DNA of 61,430 bases from contig QZJF01000017.1 in NCBI GenBank assembly GCA_003599255.1, forward strand, positions 179,278 through 240,707, in the 5' to 3' direction. Below, piece after piece: positions 55,282 through 61,430 of the stretch. The notes beneath the pieces are model-generated. The model did not search any database and had not been told where the DNA came from. It worked only from the letters and a program-made list of their open reading frames with translations. Origin of the DNA: a candidate division WWE3 bacterium. GTDB lineage: Bacteria; Patescibacteriota; WWE3; UBA101185; UBA10185. Each line of letters begins with the position of its first letter. Position 1 is the stretch's first letter. The position numbers were made by a program, and so were the translations under genes.

Positions 55282-57510
55282 ATGAAAAATTATCTACGAA
55301 ATATTAAAAATCTTACTAAAAAAGAATTAAGATCAATCATAGACAACCCGGCAACATATGTTATTACAATCGTTTTTCTATTGATATGGGAATATATATT
55401 CTTTAGGAATGTTTTTGTAATCGGAGAGTCGTCCCTTACTTTGCTTTTTGATTTTTTTCCTTGGATAAGTTTGCTTTTAATACCTGCGATAACGATGGGT
55501 TCAATATCCAAGGAAAAGGACGATGGTACTCTTGAATTGGTGCTCACTCACCCAATAAGGTCAATAGAGTTGGTAGTGAGTAAATTTCTAGGTACATTAA
55601 TATACGCGTTTACGGTAATCCTGTTTACCCTGCCTGTCGCTTTTTACTTTAACAAGTACGGACCTCTTGATTGGGGTATATACACAGGGCAGCTCCTTGG
55701 GGCATTCTTTATTTCCGCCGCTCTGATTTCTTTAGGTATTTTTATTTCGTCTCTCTTCTCGTCACAAATAGCATCACTCTTGGTGACAGTATTTTCCGGG
55801 TTTGCGTTTGTAGTACTCGGTACAGAACTCGTAACCATTAGTTTGCCCCCCATAGTAGGAAATTATGTGGAGAAACTTTCCTTGGCTAACCATTATCAGT
55901 CTATGATCAGGGGTGTTATTAGTATTCCCGATCTGGTTTTCTTTTTGATTTTTACACTACTTTTCTTATTCCTAGCCAATTTGCAGGTACTGAAACAAAG
56001 TTCAAATGAATTAAATAAAAAATATTTAATTATGCAGTGGGGGGCATCTCTCGTTGCGGTTTCACTGATTCTAACTGAAGCAGTTTCCATATTTCCGATG
56101 CGTATAGATATTACTCAAAATAAAATTTACACATTATCATCGACCACTCATGAAATATTATCTAAAGCCACGAGTCCGATAACACTTACTTTATATGCTT
56201 CCGAGAATCTGCCGACTCAATACGCCCCCGTTATCCGAGAGACGAAGTATATTCTTCAGGATTACAAAAATGCTGCAAAGGATAAAATCCTCCTGGAATA
56301 TAAGGACCCGACAAAATCCGCCGAAAGTGAACAGGAAGTCCTACAATTTGGAATTCAACGGGCACAATTTAATATAATCGGTCAGGATGAACTGCAGGCA
56401 AAAACAGGATATCTAGGAGTCCTTATATCATACGGTGGAAAAAACGAAGTCATTTCTTTTGTGCAGGGTACCGCCGATCTGGAGTATGAACTTACATCAT
56501 TAATAAATAAACTTGTAAATTCCGATAAAAAGACCGTGGGATTTCTGTCCGGTCACGGGGAAAAGAGTGTTTATACGGATTACGGCTATCTCAATTCCGA
56601 ACTGTCAAAGCTCTTTAATGTAAAACCGTTTTATCTTAGTGAAGAAAGTAATGTGATTGATGAGACCATCGACGTTCTTGTATTGGCTGGTCCAACGGAG
56701 AGAATCGATGAGGGTACTCGAAACGCACTCCGAGACTTTTTCAACAGGGGGAAAAGTATAGTTATGTTTGTAGACAACATTTTAGTTAATAGCAGTTTTA
56801 CCTCAGGTTCTATTGATCACGGATTGCAGAATTTTCTGGAAGAATACGGAATTAATCTCAAGGGTGACGTAGTTTACGATCTTAAATTTCATGAGTTATT
56901 AAATATTCAGAGCGAAACAAATTCATTTGCACTTCCGTATGAGTTTTGGATTAGGTCATCTGTGTCTCCGCTTTCCCAAATTGACAATATTAAGACAAGC
57001 ACCATCTCACTTCCCTGGCCAAGTTCCATTACGTTTGACGGGGATAAAGCAAAAAGCTTGGGTTATTCAATAAAGCCTTTGTTAATAACTTCTGATTTTG
57101 CAGGGGTGAAGAGTGATGACTTTGTGGTTACTCCCGAACAGGATCTTCCTGCTGAAAATCTCGGTAAAATTACTGTTGCCATATCGATGGAGCCAACAGA
57201 TCCGACGGCTTCCGACAAGGGCAAATTGGTTTTGATTTCCGACTCGGAATTTCTTGTTAATATGTTTCTGGAGAGAGTTCCCACAAATTTGGCATTTGGA
57301 CTTGACTTATTTTCGTGGATATCCTCTGAGAAATCTCTTGCTGATATACAGGTTAAGGTGAATTCCGCAAGCAGATTTGCTTTTATAGACGCCGATCAAT
57401 CGGCTACTATTAAGTATTTTATATATGGATTGTCAGCACTGATTCCCGTATTGGTGGGATTTTTTAGGTATATGCGAAGGCGTATTTTGCGTACGAAAAC
57501 TTACAACTAA
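55282..57510 (+). CDS. Fusion of an ABC-2 permease (GldF-like) and a GldG-like auxiliary domain
   Basis: The first ~240 aa have six hydrophobic helices. A ~470-aa soluble region follows (…TLYASENLP…GFLSGHGE…LVLAGP…), then a C-terminal TM helix, as in GldG-type ABC auxiliary proteins. Confidence 0.6.
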   Translation: MKNYLRNIKNLTKKELRSIIDNPATYVITIVFLLIWEYIFFRNVFVIGESSLTLLFDFFPWISLLLIPAITMGSISKEKDDGTLELVLTHPIRSIELVVSKFLGTLIYAFTVILFTLPVAFYFNKYGPLDWGIYTGQLLGAFFISAALISLGIFISSLFSSQIASLLVTVFSGFAFVVLGTELVTISLPPIVGNYVEKLSLANHYQSMIRGVISIPDLVFFLIFTLLFLFLANLQVLKQSSNELNKKYLIMQWGASLVAVSLILTEAVSIFPMRIDITQNKIYTLSSTTHEILSKATSPITLTLYASENLPTQYAPVIRETKYILQDYKNAAKDKILLEYKDPTKSAESEQEVLQFGIQRAQFNIIGQDELQAKTGYLGVLISYGGKNEVISFVQGTADLEYELTSLINKLVNSDKKTVGFLSGHGEKSVYTDYGYLNSELSKLFNVKPFYLSEESNVIDETIDVLVLAGPTERIDEGTRNALRDFFNRGKSIVMFVDNILVNSSFTSGSIDHGLQNFLEEYGINLKGDVVYDLKFHELLNIQSETNSFALPYEFWIRSSVSPLSQIDNIKTSTISLPWPSSITFDGDKAKSLGYSIKPLLITSDFAGVKSDDFVVTPEQDLPAENLGKITVAISMEPTDPTASDKGKLVLISDSEFLVNMFLERVPTNLAFGLDLFSWISSEKSLADIQVKVNSASRFAFIDADQSATIKYFIYGLSALIPVLVGFFRYMRRRILRTKTYN

Positions 57511-58073
57511 ATGAGTTTTTCAAATTGTTCAGGAGTTATCCATTCGGGTTCCGGTAAATCCTTGTAGTTTTCATTCGGTACGGCTCTAATGCCGGTATCA
57601 GCATCTTTCACGAGATAATAACTCATTCCTTTGAGCCTTTTTATTATTTCATAATCCGAATCTGTGTGTCCGCTGCGCCAGTCATCAAATGTTATTAACG
57701 GTTCATTACCCACATTTGACCAGGAATGTCCCCATTCGAACGGTATTTGTATTTGTTCTCCGGACTTTTCAAATTGAATCATAAAGACCCTTTCAACTTT
57801 TTCAACCGGCCCGTTAATTAATTTCTTTTGGAGCTGCAAGATTCCTTTTCCGGAAACCAGCATATATGTTTCAATAACGTTTGTACCGTGATAATGGCCA
57901 TACGTTTTGGGAAACTCCGAATCATAGAAGCCATTTGTTGTAACAGTCATGTTTTCCCATTTACCTTGTGATATTTCGGAGAAAACCCAATATGCAACAT
58001 CAGGACCGTTACTTTTAGAATTCATTAAAACTTCGGCCAATTCTCCTTTTGTTCTCGTGCTCTTAATTTGCAT
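57507..58073 (-). CDS. pgiA: Cupin-type (archaeal-type) glucose-6-phosphate isomerase
   Basis: TYGHYHGTNVIETYMLVSGKGILQLQ and IPFEWGHSWSNVGNEPL parallel TKGHFH...AEVYVALKGKGGMLLQ and VPPYWAHRTVNIGDEPF of Pyrococcus cupin PGI as I recall it. 188 aa versus ~189 aa. Confidence 0.55.
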   Translation of the reverse strand: MQIKSTRTKGELAEVLMNSKSNGPDVAYWVFSEISQGKWENMTVTTNGFYDSEFPKTYGHYHGTNVIETYMLVSGKGILQLQKKLINGPVEKVERVFMIQFEKSGEQIQIPFEWGHSWSNVGNEPLITFDDWRSGHTDSDYEIIKRLKGMSYYLVKDADTGIRAVPNENYKDLPEPEWITPEQFEKLI

Positions 58074-58148
58074 TGTAGCTTTATTATCATTTAATAAAAA
58101 AGCTTTAGCAAATTTTTACAGACTTGACTCAAGGTGTAACATATATTC

Positions 58149-59291
58149 ATGTTAATAAATCTGTCCAAACAAAAAAATAAAAATATTGTACTTTTTTCCG
58201 TTCACTTGCCTCTACTTTTAATTCTTTTTTTCCTCCTCGCATTAGGGGGATTTTTTTCGCTCAATAAAAAAAATACGGACCAGGATGACTCTTCTAGGAT
58301 AGGTTTGGTGCTTGGAGAGGATGAGGACGACGACGACAAGGATGATGACGAGGATGAGGACGACGACGACAAGGATGATGACGAGGATGAGGATGACGAC
58401 GACAGAGATGATGACGAGGACGAAGATGAGGACGACGACGACAGGGATGATGACGAAGATGAGGATGACGACGACAGGGATGACGAATTTGAAGACGAAG
58501 ATGAATTCGAAGACGAGGATGATGATGAGAATGAATTTGAAGATGAGGATGAAGATGAAAACGAATTAGTGACTCGTCAAGTAATAAGAAATGCCGACGG
58601 AACAAGAACCGAAATAACCCGAAAAGTTAAAGGCAATGAAATTAAAGTTGAAGTAATTACTTATGGGGTTTTCGGGAATAAAATTAAGGAGGAAAAGTTT
58701 GAACAGGATGAGGATGGGCAGCAAGAAGCTAAAATAAAAGTGTATACCCTGAACGGTGAGCAGGCTTCCGAACTCAAATTAAAAACCGAAAGCGGAAAGC
58801 TGGAACTGAAAGTAAAAGAAGGGTCGCCGGAATTCTCTAAAGTCGAGTACGACCCGAAGAATGAGGAGCTAAGAATATTATCCGGAGATGCCGATGAAAG
58901 CACTCAATCACGAAGCAAGTTAAGCATTAGGGCGTCCAAAGATACGTTTATGATAACCAGGTCCGGAGTTGGAGTTGAAAGCAACTTTCCGATGACGGTT
59001 GATCCGGATACCGGACAAATATTTGTGAACACACCTGTAGGAGATATTGAATTGAAAGCCATGCCGGACACAATTATTGAGAAAGCAAAACTTACTTCCG
59101 TAGATTCGCTTGATCTAACAGATGTGGAAGGGTCGGCGAAGTATGTTATAACCGGTTCCAGAAACGAGAGATTGTTCGGAGTATTTAAATTGAATTTGCC
59201 GCTCCAATTAACATTCGACCCGAATACAGGCGAACTTACGGATACAGAACAAAGCTTCTTTAACAGGGTGTTGTCTATCTTTAGCTTTTAA
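58149..59291 (+). CDS. Membrane-anchored protein with a ~85-aa poly-Asp/Glu tract
   Basis: N-terminal TM helix, a DDDKDDDEDEDDDD-type tract, then a beta-rich C-terminal domain. Confidence 0.55.
   Translation: MLINLSKQKNKNIVLFSVHLPLLLILFFLLALGGFFSLNKKNTDQDDSSRIGLVLGEDEDDDDKDDDEDEDDDDKDDDEDEDDDDRDDDEDEDEDDDDRDDDEDEDDDDRDDEFEDEDEFEDEDDDENEFEDEDEDENELVTRQVIRNADGTRTEITRKVKGNEIKVEVITYGVFGNKIKEEKFEQDEDGQQEAKIKVYTLNGEQASELKLKTESGKLELKVKEGSPEFSKVEYDPKNEELRILSGDADESTQSRSKLSIRASKDTFMITRSGVGVESNFPMTVDPDTGQIFVNTPVGDIELKAMPDTIIEKAKLTSVDSLDLTDVEGSAKYVITGSRNERLFGVFKLNLPLQLTFDPNTGELTDTEQSFFNRVLSIFSF
58317..58484 (+). repeat. Tandem 33-nt (11-codon) repeat encoding EDEDDDDKDDD-like units, about 5 copies
   Basis: Units at 58317-58349 and 58350-58382 are identical. 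58383-58415, 58416-58454 (39 nt) and 58455-58484 are diverged copies. Confidence 0.85.
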
Positions 59292-59386
59292 TATTACAGT
59301 CGACCCGGATAAGGTAATAGGTTTCTTAATCTATTCTTAATCCGGGTTTCTGTATATTTTCCCCATAAAGTTAATTAGGAGGATTT

Positions 59387-60340
59387 ATGTTTAAAATTAC
59401 CGCATTATTTGGGAATCAAATTTTCTCAAGTGTTTTACTCGGTTTGCTCACAAGTGCCACAATCGTCACAGGAGTTGGAAGTGTAGCAAAAATGTCGAAA
59501 AATATCGACGAATTTAAAATGCAAGTACCCGAAGTAAAAGCTTTGAGTGACCTAAGACCGGAAAAGTCAGAAGTAGATACAAGGGAAAAATCTGAGGATA
59601 ATGTACAAGCCAGGACCCTCACAAATAATGAGATTCCCACTGATTCAAGCGGTTCAAACACACTGCTTGCTTCAAATGGAAATATGCAAGTAGACAGCAC
59701 TACCCTTAGTAACGATTCCAGATGCATAATAACCCTTTGGGGTAAAAGATACGACGTAACGAAACTTCAAAGTACTCACTCAGGTGGAAATGTGTTTGAT
59801 TGCGGCACCGACATGACTTCTGTGTATCAAAGTCAACATGGGACAAATCTCTCAAGAATGGTTCCATATTTAATTTCTGAGAGTTCTTCCCAGCAGCCGT
59901 CAAATAATCCGGTATCGTCCGGAGCTGTCCAGTCGGCTCAGGATACCAGATGTATTGTTACCTTGTGGGGAAATCAATATGATGTAACGACACTGAGAAG
60001 CTCGCACCCGGGTGGAAACATATTTGTCTGTGGAACCGACATGACATCGGAATACCAGAGTCAGCACGGAACAAATCTTTCAATGATGCAAAAATATCTT
60101 TTAAACGGCAGTAACTCTCCAACAGGGTCGGGTACCATATCAGATTTTGATGACGACGAGAATGAATATGAGTACGAAGACGAGAACGAGGAAGAACACG
60201 AAGATGATGAGGATGAGAGTAAAGAGTTGGAAGAGGCCTGGGAGGCCGCAAAGAAACAGGCCGAGTATGAAAGAGAATTGGCAAAGAAACAAGCGGAATT
60301 AGAGCATGAGGATGAAGACGAAGACGAAGATGAAGACTAA
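59387..60340 (+). CDS. Membrane-anchored protein with two cytochrome b5-like heme-binding domains and an acidic tail
   Basis: The internal duplication is CIITLWGKRYDVTKLQSTHSGGNVFDCGTDMTSVYQSQHG and CIVTLWGNQYDVTTLRSSHPGGNIFVCGTDMTSEYQSQHG. The YDVT...HPGG...G.D.T...H pattern matches cytochrome b5-like domains. Confidence 0.55.
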   Translation: MFKITALFGNQIFSSVLLGLLTSATIVTGVGSVAKMSKNIDEFKMQVPEVKALSDLRPEKSEVDTREKSEDNVQARTLTNNEIPTDSSGSNTLLASNGNMQVDSTTLSNDSRCIITLWGKRYDVTKLQSTHSGGNVFDCGTDMTSVYQSQHGTNLSRMVPYLISESSSQQPSNNPVSSGAVQSAQDTRCIVTLWGNQYDVTTLRSSHPGGNIFVCGTDMTSEYQSQHGTNLSMMQKYLLNGSNSPTGSGTISDFDDDENEYEYEDENEEEHEDDEDESKELEEAWEAAKKQAEYERELAKKQAELEHEDEDEDEDED

Positions 60341-60363
60341 ATCCCTGTGATTTGATATTAGCG

Positions 60364-60398
60364 CGCTCCGTGATAGAGTATTCACGGAGCGTATTTTT
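60364..60398 (+). terminator. Rho-independent terminator
   Basis: A 10-bp stem, CGCTCCGTGA (60364-60373) with TCACGGAGCG (60382-60391), then TATTTTT. Confidence 0.7.
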
Positions 60399-61430
60399 AT
60401 GAGCAAAATCAGGGGATACATCGCGATAATACTGCTTAGTTTCATTACCATTAATCTTTGGTTACTTTCCAAGGATAACGTTAGTTTAATCATCAATCTT
60501 CCGATGACATCGCTATCTCAAATATTTGCATTAATTGGTATTGTTCTTATGGCTGTATCTTTATTGTTATCAACCAGAATTAGGATTGTGGAGGATATTT
60601 TCGGTGGTTTGGACAAGGTGTACAGGGTACATCACCTTATAGGTGTTGTGGCTTTTATTATGCTTGTAAATCATCCGCTTTTACTGGTTGTTCAGTCGCT
60701 TCCCGATTATAAATTGGCTTTGAATTACATGATACCCGGCCCTGATACCTCATATAATTTTGGGGTGTTCGCTCAATATTTTATGATTTTGCCTTTTATT
60801 TTTATTTTGTTAATTAAGATCCCGTACAATCTATGGAGATATACGCACAAACTTTTGGGTATTAGTTTCTTGTTTGCTTCCCTTCATGCCATAAATATTT
60901 CCAGTGACGTTTCAGTGTACATGCCCCTTAGATACTGGATCTTGTTTTTTATAGGTATCGGATTGTTTTCCGGAATCTACACTCTGATTTTTTATAAAAA
61001 CTTTGGTCCCAGAAAAATATATGTTGTAAAAAAAACAGAGCAGTTGCTGGATATCATAAATATTTATCTGAAACCGGTAGGGAAGAAAATGAATTTTATC
61101 TCGGGTCAATTTGCATATTTCAGATTCACCAAGTCAAAGGTGAGCAAGGAACCGCATCCTTTTTCATTTTCAGGTGCTCCTTCGGAAGAGGACGCCAGGA
61201 TATCAGTAAAGATACTGGGTGATTACACGATGAGTGCTAGAGAGATTTCTGAGGGAGATGTTGTTGCTGTGTACGGACCATATGGCAGGTTTGGGGAAAT
61301 TTATAATGATCCTGTTAAGAAGAAACTAATCTGGATAGCCGGGGGTATTGGAGTAACTCCTTTTCTGAGTATGCTTAGGCAGGAGTCCGTTAATTCTTTG
61401 GGGCATGAGATAAACTTTTTTTATAGTTTC
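60399..61430 (+). CDS. Ferric-reductase-like (FRD/NOX-family) transmembrane heme domain plus FAD/NAD-binding domain, 3' end truncated by the window
   Basis: My translation from ATG 60399 is open to the window end (344 codons). It has TM helices with conserved His (VHHLIGV, THKLLG), then HPFSFS, GPYG and AGGIGVTPF motifs typical of FNR-like modules. Absent from the ORF track because there is no stop in the window. Confidence 0.65.
   Translation, partial: MSKIRGYIAIILLSFITINLWLLSKDNVSLIINLPMTSLSQIFALIGIVLMAVSLLLSTRIRIVEDIFGGLDKVYRVHHLIGVVAFIMLVNHPLLLVVQSLPDYKLALNYMIPGPDTSYNFGVFAQYFMILPFIFILLIKIPYNLWRYTHKLLGISFLFASLHAINISSDVSVYMPLRYWILFFIGIGLFSGIYTLIFYKNFGPRKIYVVKKTEQLLDIINIYLKPVGKKMNFISGQFAYFRFTKSKVSKEPHPFSFSGAPSEEDARISVKILGDYTMSAREISEGDVVAVYGPYGRFGEIYNDPVKKKLIWIAGGIGVTPFLSMLRQESVNSLGHEINFFYSF

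Overview
This 61.4 kb window is a low-GC, gene-dense bacterial fragment. Its content looks like Candidate Phyla Radiation / Patescibacteria: a truncated TsaB, cupin-type PGI, type-2 IDI, a CarS-like gene, and many orphan membrane or secreted proteins. That taxonomic assignment is an inference. I call about 65 CDS, one tRNA-Pro(GGG), several hairpin terminators and two tandem-repeat tracts. I see no rRNA, CRISPR array or intact IS element.

The most interesting content:
1. A translationally coupled operon of soluble glycosyltransferases and SAM methyltransferases (6076-13215) sits directly upstream of a 2323-aa protein (13580-20551). About 1800 residues of that protein are degenerate SPSAS[IV] repeats. 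Two of the glycosyltransferases carry metal-site motifs that resemble polypeptide GalNAc-transferases. I read this as a dedicated mucin-like protein O-glycosylation and methylation system.
2. A GC-rich radical-SAM/SPASM maturase (42879-44276) is followed by an unannotated 50-aa five-Cys precursor peptide (44314-44466). This is a candidate new RiPP locus lying between typA and tRNA-Pro.
3. A CDP-archaeol-synthase-like gene is paired with a CDP-alcohol phosphatidyltransferase, with other isoprenoid genes nearby.
4. A membrane-anchored HUH (IS200-like) and SH3b fusion protein lies behind a 730-bp AT-rich gene-free tract that carries a repeated 9-mer.

All product names come from motifs I recognise by eye in the supplied translations. 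No database search was run.
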